From Takakia lepidozioides (Eukaryota > Plantae > Bryophyta): 64,000 nt of DNA. The translations under genes and the position numbers were made by a program. Where the stretch lies: positions 44,516,001 to 44,580,000 of the forward strand of contig CM060731.1 in the NCBI GenBank assembly GCA_030704615.1, given 5' to 3'. The first letter of the stretch is position 1; the number at the start of each line of letters is the position of its first letter. The notes beneath the pieces were generated by a model. The model was not told where the DNA came from and did no database searches. It worked only from the letters and a program-made list of their open reading frames with translations. This document shows positions 12,997-24,868 of the stretch, one piece after another.

Positions 12997-15900
12997 GAGG
13001 TTTGCGATGGTTTCATTGTATGGGGTGGCGGAAACGTGGTGTGAAGAGGGATTGCAAGCGGGAAGCTTGGGCGGATGGGCATGAGGACAGAGCAGCAGAC
13101 TTCGGTATGACATTTGAACACGAGAGTCGTGGGATCGAAAGCAAACAGACCTCTGGTTTCTTTTTCTTGAACCGGGATTTGGGTCGTTGAAACGGTCTGC
13201 TATTGGTGATCGAATGGACGAGTTTCGTCTATCAGATTCCCAGGTTCTCTGAAACTATCAGATTTACAAATCGGTCCAAGTCTGTTGCGATCCATGCACT
13301 GGGATATTGTCAAGTGGGTGATCACTTCATGACTTAGCTTCACCTGGAGATTGAACCTGTAGTGGTCACGAGTTTATGGGTGGTGGTCCAACTTGACAGT
13401 CAGGGAATCTGGAAATGTGTTCAGTTGTAGATTAAAATATAGGACTTGGAGTAAAGGGAAGGGAGGTGGCAGTTTGAAGTTTGATGTCTTGGGTAGGATC
13501 GATCGTCGGCAGTTTAGGGACGAGGAACTCTCGCAGGCTCGGGTTATACTTTTGACGTGTGCTGCGCACCTTGAACGACTAGGCTCACAACCTATTAGTC
13601 CACTGAGCTGACTTTCTTGGGTTCTCGTGTTTGCAAGGGATCTTCACGCAAACGGAGTTTCTACATTGGAAGTTACGATGGCAAGCTTCCGGTGGACAGT
13701 TTCGGTGCGGCACAAGTTCGTGTGGACAAATTTGGTGCCGTGCAAATCTTGGACCCTCCCTGCTCCATCGGTTCTTCAATATCACTGACAGCGGATACAA
13801 CAATCACTGAACAATCCAAATTCCAATCGATCGCCAGCACTCCAGCGAAGTCACAGTCCACGTCCCACCCCAGTGTGGGAAGACCTGTGAGTAATTACAT
13901 CATCGCATAATTTGTTCAGCATTTCAATAGGGATCAAGCACAGAGCCAGTGCTGAAGTGGACCTAACTGCAGAGATTGATTCACAAGTGGTTTCTTAAAA
14001 GCCGTTTAGAAAAATGTTCGCCGTTTCTGAGTCTTTTGCGAACTGGCAATATGTCCCATCTTCGTAAGAAAACAGCATATCCATGTACTTGCAGATCGGT
14101 GGTTGATTAGCAGCATGGTACATGGACGATGGCACATGCCATTTCGCGCGTTTAGCAAGGCTATGAAATGGCCGCCACAGGTTGAAGATCCTCGAGCAGT
14201 CCTGACTTCAGGTTACGCTTGAGAGGAGTGAATCTTGACTGAGCACTTGGTTATCTCCAGCTACACGGTGCATGGAGCAGATAATGCTCTTGCACTGATT
14301 CAAGTCACAAAGTCTATTAATTCTGCGTACGTACAGGATGTCCAGGAGTCACTATTCGTAGCCTCAAGTCACTCAACACCAGCATCTTCAACGGCATGGG
14401 CAGCTGAGATCTCACCCACAACGGTACCTCGACAATCAGAAATACCGCCGTGTACAACAAATCGAATAGTGTCTCCAACAGTATCAGGTGAACCAGGGTG
14501 CTTACCACCCCGACTGTCCGTAACCGGTAGATCGCAGTTGCTGGAGCCGAGATACCCAGCCGCTGTTTTGAGTCGGCGAATGGAGGAGAGGCAATGGGTG
14601 AGAATCGTCTGATGCACATATCAAGGAAAACTTGACATCAACCAACGTATAATTAAGATATGAATGATCGCTCTTGTATTCTATTCAAGGTAATTTAGGC
14701 TGAACAACCCATCAGTTAGAAATCGGCCATTGGTATTCTATCCGATGTGCACAAACACTTCGAAGCTTCAATTGATCTGCTTTCGGCCAGGGCAAGCTTG
14801 GCCTCCAAGATTAATGGTGAAGTGCTGCTGCACAGATTGACAAATTGTAGATGCCTGTAATGTCGAGGCCGTAATTTGCAAGTTCCTCGCGATTCAGATT
14901 ACGAGGAACTATTCCCAGGAGGGAAAAATAATTGGACAGTTAGACTCGGGATAGATGAGGGTCCAGCGTCCCAAGTGAGTTTTGGATACTGACACCACAT
15001 TACATGTAGTCATAATTTACAATTCTGCATTCTGGAAGAACTAACCGACTAATCTGTGCTGCCAGTATGCAGCTGACTCAAGCTCGTCCTCTTCCGGGCC
15101 CGGAGAGCATGTCCGCAACTATGTCATTTCCCCAGAGGTAACCTCCATCAGCGGTTACATTCTCTTTATTGTCGTCCTTGCTCTCGTCCTTAAAAAGGTA
15201 AATTTTGGGACACTGGGTTTCCAGACTAATTTTACTTCTCAACCAGTCAATCCGAGATTTTGGCAATCGCACCCCTTAGTCTCTCATCCATGATCGAACC
15301 ATTTTCTTGATCAGTAGAAGGCAAGCTCAAAATTACTACATTGAAGTTGATAGATCATCATGGTAGACACTCGACTGGTGTATATGATGTAGCTCCTCCA
15401 GCTCATTCAGGCGATCAGATTTCGAGCAGGTGACTGAGTCTTGAATGCTCGCAGGTTGTTAACTATATATGGGTCTCGCTTATTCAGTGAACTTTTCTAT
15501 TTAAATGATTGACCAAGAAACCGAACAGAAATATTGACAGAAGTCCGTTCTCATATGGATCCATGAACGAATCTAGAACTGGTCCTCACTCCCTCTTCAT
15601 GCATGATTTTTTTCCGTCCTGAAGTGCAGAATTCGCAGGAAACCGTCCGAAGGCTCTCAAACTCTCTCAAATGTGCATCCAACCGATCGCATAGGTTACC
15701 TTCTACATTTCTGTCAAGTCTGATGAGTTATGATCTACTACAAACAGGGAGTTGACAGTCCAACTTATCCCACTTGAACCATATTTGAATTCAGGATCTG
15801 CAGAGACCTCTCAGTCTAGTGACTGATCATAGCAGTGCTCAACCTTAGTTCACCTAGCTGTATGTGAGCTATCCATGTGTATGAATCGAGGAAAGTGTTA

Positions 15901-16047
15901 TTGAGGTTCAGCGTGGATATCACAGGTCTTTGACGATTTCAAGAGCCGCACTGGTGTGTGAGAATTCAGATTAATTCTGGCAATTTGCAAGTCGCTGGAA
16001 ACTTGATTGAAGCACGTCGAGTATAGTATGCAGTCGATAATTCGAGC

Positions 16048-16837
16048 TTGATTGTCGTGCACATGCAGCAGGATCTGATCTGGGCGAGCGCCAAGCAGTA
16101 CTGCGGCATGGTCCTGGACCTGGAGAGCCGCGCGTGGCTGGGCACGGCCGTGCTCTTCGTTGCTGCGGACCCGGGCCAGCACGCGTCGCACTACCCGCGA
16201 TCGGAAAATCGGCCTGGGTCACGTCCCTGTTGTCGGTGGGCCACCGCCGGCAAGTTCTTGTGCGCAACAGCAAAGGCGAGACGCACGTGGCGGACGTGCT
16301 GCTCACTTCCGGCGCTGTCGGGCTGGCGTGCCTTCGAGTGCACACGTGGCAAAGCACGTTCGGACTGGCCTACTTGAAGCTAGTGACCGGCCCCGGCAGT
16401 CTCCCGCACCGGGTGTTCGTCGACGTTTACCCGGACGACCGGGTGTATCTTCTAGCGTATGACCGGCTATCCAATTTTTTGTTTTCATCCAATTGTTTTT
16501 TCTAATTGTTTTTTTTGTAACGATTTTTCGCAAATTTCCAAAAAGAGTGTACGCACGTGTGGGCAGGTATGAACCGAGTGGGGCGGCGGGAACAGTAGCA
16601 GAAGTGCGGTCGAGGCCGGGCATTGTGCTCAAGACGAAGCTTACGTGTGTGCAGCTTGATTTTGCAGCAGGGCAGCTCGGAGGGTCCATCAAAAAGGCCA
16701 GAGGGTTTTTGGGAGGTGTGATTGTGAGGGCAGATGGGCGGTGGGCTGGATTGGTCACTCTGGATGACCAAGAGCAGGATTCCATCTGTTATTTTGCCAC
16801 AGCCGGCAATGTCTACCGTTTAGTAGAGGAGCTGTGA
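16048..16837 (+). pseudogene. possible trypsin-like (Trypsin_2 fold) domain gene lacking the catalytic serine; frameshift ~16180 and probable intron ~16466-16566
   Basis: GC-rich, coding-like frames: CGMVLD..WLGTAVLF, GLACLRV, DDRVYLLAY and GFLGGVIVRADGRWAGLV (cf. G.SGGP....G..VG). A T-rich intron-like stretch ends in ggcag. Confidence 0.35.
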
Positions 16838-17799
16838 AAAATTGGCTGGTTTTTGGAACCTATACAGATCACTGAGGGCATCGATAGAGTCTGTCTTCAA
16901 CAGTGGAACTACGATGATCACCTTGATGGAGGTAGAATTTTGGACCCAGATTGTAATCCGGGTCTGCCTGGAAGGTGAAATTAGCTGTATTAAACTGTGC
17001 ACTAGAGGCTCCTTCCAAGTTACAATTGGGGAAGTGCAAGTAGTCCTACAAATTATCCAGACGGTTGTGTAGACGGTTGTGTAGGGCCAGGCTCCCGGTT
17101 CATTTCGAGGTGTAGCACTTGGTAGTGCAACGAAGGGAGAAAGTTATTTACTCAAGTACCTAAGAAGTATTGTAAAGTTCGATTGGAAGCCAATTCCATG
17201 TACAGGAAAGTGATGGTATGAAGGATCCACAGTGACTGCACGTCCATGAGTATATATGCTTGTCATTTGACCGTGTAAGTAGTCTCATCTTTATAAGTAT
17301 CGTATAAAACCGTCGCTCTCTTGTGCCTGAATGGCCCCATTTGACTTCATTCACAAGTAGTTACACCTGTTTTAAATTCGGTGGGAAGAAAAGTAGGGGC
17401 GATCTGGCAATTATAAACGTGAAGGTGGTGACAGATTTGTGTGCCCCGAACACCGGAAGTTCCAAAAAACCAAAACCAAAACCTATCGCGATTATACACG
17501 AGTAAAACGAGAAAGGAAGAATGAGAGTCATGACAAAAGCAAAGTCTCAAGCACCAACAGCCTGCAGCAAATCAAACAGTTGTGGATGACCATTTCAAAG
17601 ATGGTGGGAGGCGAGATAAAGCCGTCCCAGCCACCTCCGAGGGCCATGATTGCCCTTGTGTTCGTTTGCATGATGAGTAGATGTACGTAGAAAATTGTCC
17701 AGCTGTCGATGAAGACATCGAGTCCGAGATCTCATGAAGTGTTTTTTATTTTTATTTATTTTTAGAAATCAAGTTTATATTAAACAGCGAACACACACG

Positions 17800-18476
17800 T
17801 CGATGATCTTGCCATCCTAGCCCACAAACCCCATCGTCTCAATCGACAAGTAGAAAAATTATCTCGATTTAACCAATGGTCTGGCATGGAGCTAAGCCTT
17901 CACAAATGCACTGTTACCGCAGCCACCCATCATAGCAAATTCACCAAGGCCACTTCTGCCTCACACTGTAAACTACATATCCATTACTAGAATAAAAATT
18001 TCCCATTTCTACAACCCTACACCTATCTAGGTATCCAACTTGTTCCCTCTCTTGAATGGTAGACCACTATGATCTCTAAATTAACTGACAGCAGCATAGC
18101 CCTCCTCAAATCTCCAGTCTCCATCCGCCCCAAACTCTCCCTTATCCAATCTGTACTCAAACCACAAGTCCAATATTCTTTTTACACGACACCCTTCTCC
18201 CTCCCAGATATTAAATTAATTGACAAACATTTCATCCAACTCACTAAACGTATTTGCGGTGTACCTACCAGCACTCCCAACGCTCTTACCCAACTCCCAA
18301 CTGATAGCTACGGCATCGGTACCATCCCACTAATTACCTCATATGCCCGCACCCTAGGCACACAACTACAAGAAGCACTCAATGACCCCGGCCGACTATG
18401 ACTTATTTATAGGGGACTCCTTCAATTCTTAGCTACTAAGTACAATGGTCTTTACTCCCTGCCAACCCTTCATCCC
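17800..18476 (+). mobile_element. non-LTR retrotransposon RT C-terminal/thumb fragment (a different family from 248..3075)
   Basis: WSGMELSLHKC, PYTYLGIQL, LIQSVLKPQVQYSF and YGIG motifs, with stops. Confidence 0.7.
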
Positions 18477-19544
18477 TGTCGAACGGCTTTTACTCACCCA
18501 TCCCTTCGCTATCCGAGGTGGGAACTCCAAGATAGAAGAGTTGGATACCTCTAAGCACTCAGCCCGCTCAGAACAATCAGTCATGACCTGCAACTAATGT
18601 ATCATGGTAGTGCTTCCTGGTTGTATTTCTTCTTGCCTTCATGTTAGCAAATTTCTTTACCGTGTATACTTAAGCATTTAATTGCTTCAGTATCTATCAG
18701 GTTCCATTCACTCATCCATTCATTCCACAGCTTCACTTAAGTCTCTCTACACAATGTGATTGTATCGAATGAGTATCAGATTAAGATTTAACACATGTAT
18801 CAGGCCGAAGCCATGGTGTCTCTAGTCTACCCTACAGTATATCTCTACGGCTTGCATGTAACAACATCAACAGATCGTCTCTCCTCCTTCACCATGTTTT
18901 CCCCTCCAGCTCCAGACATACTCCCGCTGATCTCCTCTCCTAATGGCCCAGAAGCGCTCCCCCAAGAAGTGTCTCTCATGTCGCTGCTCTGCTTAATTTA
19001 TCTGCAAGCTGTTCTAACCGCCTAACTAACTAACTGTCATCTCAAGACAGGATGCACTTTCCCTCTGTAGATATCATTCCCACACAGACATTCCTTGCCA
19101 TGATAACCGTTCCCTATGTATGCTGTGACGGGCTGTGTCATGCTGTGTCAGGCTATGACTGTGCCGAGCTGTGATTGGCTGTGTCGACTGTGACTGACTG
19201 TGTAAAATTGTGCCGGGCTGTGTCAGGCTGTGATAGAATGTGATAGACTGTGACTGACTGTGACTGACTGTGACAGGCTGTGATAAGCTGTGTAGGTTGT
19301 ATCAGGTTGTATCAGGCTGTATCAGGCTGTGTAGCGCTGTGCCAAACTGTGTTAAGTTGTGCCAGCCTGTGACTGACTGTATGAGCCTGTCTACCACCCC
19401 TAAGGCCTGTGTCGGTCTAAGTCTACCATCCGCAAGTCTGAGCAAAAATTAAGGGTACCCCACAGAACCCGTAAAAGTGTCTAAGTCCCAGACAGCCCTC
19501 TAACATTTACCCCTCCCCCTCTCAAAAAGCCGTGTCCTCACGGT
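18477..19544 (-). mobile_element. Ty3/gypsy 3' LTR (~18477-19505) with polypurine tract and end of pol
   Basis: The minus strand reads gaggacacggctttttgagagggggaggggtaaaTGTTA (pol end, PPT, LTR start). The putative other end is tgtc at 18477, where the LINE frame stops. A ~10-bp ggctgtgtca/ctgtgact array lies inside at 19120-19400. Confidence 0.65.
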
Positions 19545-22500
19545 TTACTGTTTAGGATCAGCAAACCTTTCTTTCTCCTTCCCCTTGTCTTTTTCCTTCT
19601 CTTTGGACTTGTCTTTGTCCTTTGGCTTTGCTGGTGAGATGGCTATGACATCAAGAGCCTTGTCTTTTGGTTTGCGGCCCGCCTTCTTTCTCTTCTGCGG
19701 CGTTCCCTGAGCATCAGGCTCCTTGGCAGCCAATGTTGCTATGTTTCTTTGGTACTCTTCGTCAGTCAGAGGCGCCAACATCTCAGCATTATTGTTCAAA
19801 TATTTCATATGATGTTCTTGAAAGGTCATGTGCTCCGGTGGGCAGTCAAGGTAGCAGCCACAGTCTCTGAAGTGAGAAGGACTCCAGTCCTTCAATATCC
19901 CTGCAGTATACATGGTTGGATCATTTGCAGGGTCCGACCACATGTCAAGATAGTCTGGAATACCGCTCAGGTGATTTCCTTCCATAAGCACATATTTCGT
20001 GTACCTGTTAAACAGGAGATAAATCCCAACCCACCAAAGCGCGAAGTGAGTAAGATGCAAGTAGCATAGAATGAAAAAAACATAGAATGAAATGGCTGTG
20101 AGAACTGCTCCAAGGACCTTTCAGGACCACACGACTGCTCCGGATATGAATGTCGTCAACGCCATTCAAAACATTCCATTCAATGATACTGTAAATACAC
20201 CCTAATCCACGTGAATGCAAACTCTCGTTTTGGAATGACACAGACATAGAAGTGAATGTCGTCATCGACATTCACTTTGGATTTGTGAATACACTGCTAA
20301 TCAAGCCTAATGATTTCTCAAAAGAGGCAAAATCATTGGATGGAAATCAGAAACTCGACTAAGGAACCCTCCCCAAAAACTCAATGGACATTCATAACGA
20401 ACATAACACCGAGGACCTCATAATAACACTGGATGTGAATGGCGTCAACGCCATTCACAAAATTACCAACAAGGAACCAATTAATTAGCTCCCAATCCAT
20501 GTAAATTCAAATTGTCGCTGGTGAATGACACAGACATAGAAGTGAATGTCGTCAACGACATTCACTTTGGATCTCTGATAACACAGCTAATCAAGCCTCA
20601 AGATTTCTCGCAAGAGGCAAAAGCAATGCAGAACAACTGAATGTCTGCATTGACATTCAGCAAACTGAAGTGAGGAACCCTCACTGTAAACTCTATGGAC
20701 ATTACAAAAATTTACATAACTCTGAGGACCTCTCAACAACTCTGGATGTGAATGTCGTCAACGCCATTCAGGGACATTATCAATTCTAATCAGGGACACT
20801 ATAATTACACCCTAAGCTCCTAATCCAGGTGAATTCAAATTCTCGCTTAAGAATGACTCAGACAAAGAAGTGAATGTCGTCAACGACATTCAATTTGGAT
20901 CTATGATTACAATCCTTATGAAGCCAAATTATTTCCCAAAAAATGCAGTAGAGTTTCTAGTATGATATTGCACCTGTACACAACTCGCATCATGGCCCAC
21001 TCTCCTCCAACCTGACTGTCAAAGTCGTTGGACCGTAAAATGTTACCATCTTTGGAGAACTCCCGGAAAAAACAGTATCTCCAGGTGAGACCTCTCCACT
21101 TCCTTATGTATGTCTTCAATGACATTTGGGGAGGGGAAACAATCGAAATGTTCAAGTCCTTCAAAGTCTGATCCAGCACAATGACGGCGTGCTTTTCGAG
21201 CTGCAAATTGTATATTTGTCAGTATTGCAAATAAGATACTCATCACATAATTGAAGAAAAGAAAACGGCTTATTTGAATACACACCTGACTCCAAAATGT
21301 AGCCTTGTGGAGCCAGTTATCAAACACCAAATCACTGATTCCTTCCACCTTTGTGCCAGGCTGTATGGTGCTCTTTGGGAACTGATTCAAGTCCTTTACT
21401 GTCTGATCTGAGTTCCATATCTCCAGCCACCTTATTTTTGTTTGTGGGTCGACCATGAATATGGCCAACCGGTGCAATTTCTCCTGCTGCATCTCCGGAT
21501 GCACATGCTTGTCATAGTGAGATTTGATCTGCTGAAGGAACTCAGAACCAAGTCAAGGATCTACTATTCTAAGCTGCTTTCCGAAGGCGGACATCAATTT
21601 GGTTCTTCGCATTTCAAATTCCTTCTTTATTGCTGCTTCCACACCCTTTGATGTCCTTAGTTCCTCTGGTGTAGTGCGGTAATATTCGGATTTTCCCTTC
21701 TCAGCTGCCTCTGCCAGTTCTTGCTGCATTGATTCAAATAGTGATTAACACCGAAGGGACTACAAACATGTATTCGAAAAGTAAACTGAGTACAGACTCG
21801 GGCTTACCGCATACATGTACTCCAGAAACGCCTCTCGAGTCAAAGAATATCAAGTGCCTGCAGCTCTTCCTGTTTCGCACTTCTTGATTATATTGGGTGG
21901 GAGTACTGTCCGAAAATCATCCAGCTTCATCAGACCACTCCTCTGAATTCGGAATAGTGTGTGGACCAAGCTTGTTGTCATATGCGATTTCTCTGTCAAT
22001 CTGCAAAAACATTGGAAACATTGCATTCCTTAACACTGTTTTTTGGGATTAACAAGACACTACAGAGGGAATGAAATCTCTAGGATGACTTACTTGTTCA
22101 CGTCGTGCATAGCTGTAAGAAGCCTAGCGATGTCGTTTCCTGGATCCAAAACCATTGCCTCCACAGCAACATGCTTGTCTTTGTCTTTTGCATGGTGTTT
22201 CTGGATGTATCCCATCCATGCCAGCAATCGGTAGTTGCCGTCCCAGATATAGAACATGTGGTTGCAGAATTGCTGGGTGTTCTTTCCCATCATGAGGCCC
22301 AGCTCGAACTCCTCATTGGCATCTTTCCAGCACTCATCCCAGTTATCACTGATCTCTGGAGACACTAATGTGCTTTTCCCATTTATATCCGTCAGTGACA
22401 CATAAAAAACTTGTGCACCAAGTCTGTATCCATGCACAAAATCACTCTCCAATTTTGTTATGTCATGGGAAAGAGGTGGACGCACAACAGGCATAGATAT

Positions 22501-23976
22501 CATCCGGCACAGAGGGATGTCCAGACGCCCTCCAGATACGAGCATGTCCCTTATAACCTCCTGAGAGTTTAACTTATGGAATGACATGAGTTCTTTCACC
22601 TTGTCAAGGTAGTGCACTTCAGATTCATCTGCTTCATCTGTATTCTCTGAACTTTTTCCAGACTCGTCCCCATCTCCAGATCCTTTCCCCTCTGATCCTG
22701 TAGGCTTGGACCTCACAGTTTTCTGCACGATGCCATTCAAATCTGACTGAGTAATTTGCAAATAGTGAACGGCGGTAACGACCATCACTCTGTCTCGAAG
22801 AAACTCACAATGAATGGTATGAAACAAATTCAGAACCATCTACACGAGCAAAGCTGATCCTGCCGAATTCAAAACAAAAGCGAGAGCGATAGCGAACGGC
22901 GTTAACGACAATCACAAAAGATAAGGACCTGCAGGATCGGTGTTGTGTAATGACATATATGTGTAAGTGATTGGCGGCAACGACATTCAGTATAGTTTAG
23001 GGCGGACAGTAAGTGCAGATTATTCAGATTGACTCCATTGTGATTACCGTTGCAAGCATTCACGGTTTCATGTCTATGTCGAGAGTACTTTCCAATCGAT
23101 ACTCTACCTGAATCTACAGTATGGTCTTCAAATCTTTGATTGGCGGTACCGCCTTTCCACTTCTCTATCTGTTCAACCTCATACAAAGAAAATGCATTGC
23201 AATACATTATGACTGAATATGCCGACCCTCACTCTCTCTTCAAACACATAGGTAAATAAATCTCTTGAGGAGAATCGAATGGCGTTAACAACGCTCGCAA
23301 TTCAATAGACTTCAATCACATGTTCCTGCTAAAGAAGGGAAGAGGAAGGACTGCTTGAAAGACAATCAGACAGACTGTATGATCTGAACAACGGTGATTG
23401 ACGGTACTGTTAGTCACCCACTCATTGTGCTGTAAACCCTTAACAGAGGAGTAGAAAGCAAATCACCGTTGTTTCGTGGTGATGGTCGGTAGCGACAATC
23501 CCTTTCTGGGACATTCCACTCAATCTCTACGCAGATCTTCAACAATGAAATGTAAGTTAGAGAAAACTTATTGGCGCCTTCTTAGGTTTTGAAATTGGAT
23601 CCCCTTCTGCAGCTTTCCTCTTCCCTCTCACATCTGCTGGAATTTCTGTCTGCTCTAGGGTTTCTGGACCTTCTCCCGGTTCAACGTTCCTCGTGCTTCC
23701 ACCTCCTTCAGTTTCCCTGCAAGTCATCTCTGCATCCACAGGCTGGTTTCCAACGCGCACTGTTATCGCCGACTGTGTCACAGCCGCTGCCTCAGTCTCG
23801 GTCTGCTCTTGTGAATCAGTCTCCGCGTTCACCTGCTGCCTTGGCCCTGTGTTCTCCAACAAACGACGCCTCGTCATTTGCTCTCTTGCTCTGCGTCTCT
23901 CTCTAAGGGAAGTAAAATAAAGAAACTTTCTTTTCTTTCGTATTGTAGAAGGAACCCTCTCTAGCTTGACTACCAC
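19545..23976 (-). pseudogene. multi-exon transposon-associated gene with a ParB/Sulfiredoxin-like domain, partly decayed
   Basis: Exon-like frames at 23557..23976, 22090..~22740 (IPLCRMISMPVVRP..DITKLESDF..GY..FYV..FYIWDGNYRLLAW), ~21790-22000, ~21286-21660, ~21043-21204 and 19545..~20005. Several have GT/AG boundaries; some contain in-frame stops. Confidence 0.6.
20142..20910. repeat. ~290-330 bp tandem repeat (about 2.6 units) carrying 7 palindromes
   Basis: TGAATG(T/G)CGT-CA-ACG(A/C)CATTCA-type palindromes at 20147, 20250, 20435, 20540, 20749 and 20871, plus a variant at 20637. The copy at 20540-20567 has perfect 13-bp arms. Confidence 0.9.
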
Positions 23977-24868
23977 TCTCCCTCTAAGCGCGAAAAGTAG
24001 AAAAACGAAGTGACTCCCGATTTCTTGCGGGATTGCGTGCGTTGTTGCTTGTCTCTAGAAGCATCGGATTCCTTCTCGCGTGACCGTTACACATAGTCGT
24101 TCCCTTATTAGTGCACATGCCAGCAATTAGTGTACAGCTGTTCGTATTCAGTTATCGATGTCTGACGTGTGTCGCCCAAAATAAACGGCGTGTTCTTTAT
24201 TAGAACGGTTTCAATATTTAAAAATAACAGCGAATCCCATAAATCTTGGCGCACAGTCTTAGGCAAATATATGTAAATGAACGAGAGTTTGATGACAAAT
24301 TTTGGGATATCATACACGGTCATCCTTGTTAGCCAACCCCACGTTCGTTTCACATTTTGAACTTTCCAGGTGCGCATGATCATTGGTAGTAGTATAAAGA
24401 TGCATTTACTTAATCTGCAATCTCACCCTCAGATCCTGTGGCATGCTTCCAGGAAGTCGGCTTGTTATTGTGTTTATTGATGAGGTTCTGATTAACGGTT
24501 TAACAGCTGCCGACATTGCTCCTAGGGATACTCTGACCACTGGGCCCACAAGAAAAGTAATTAAAATGGACGGCTGCATATCTGGAAAGAATAACAGAAT
24601 ATGCACAGTCGTCGTCTGAGCTTCCTCCGCCATATTCTCTGCTCATTCTTCAACTGTGTTCTGGAGACATCAGTAAACCGATTTACACTAGGTCTGCGAT
24701 AGCAAGGTATCAACGTACACGAGGAAGGAAGATGGCTTCCTCTGAAGCGGAGTTCTTCTCTGACGACAAACCAGTGCCGTTCTCCCAGGAAGTCCTTGAC
24801 AATGGATTTGCAATTGTTCTGGAACATGTCTTGGCTACCCGTTTTCAGCTTCAGAATGGCTCCATCTT

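Noticed and set aside
20142-20910. CRISPR-like array of palindromic repeats
   Set aside because: The spacers are 75-160 bp and themselves repeated, there are no cas genes, and the context is eukaryotic.
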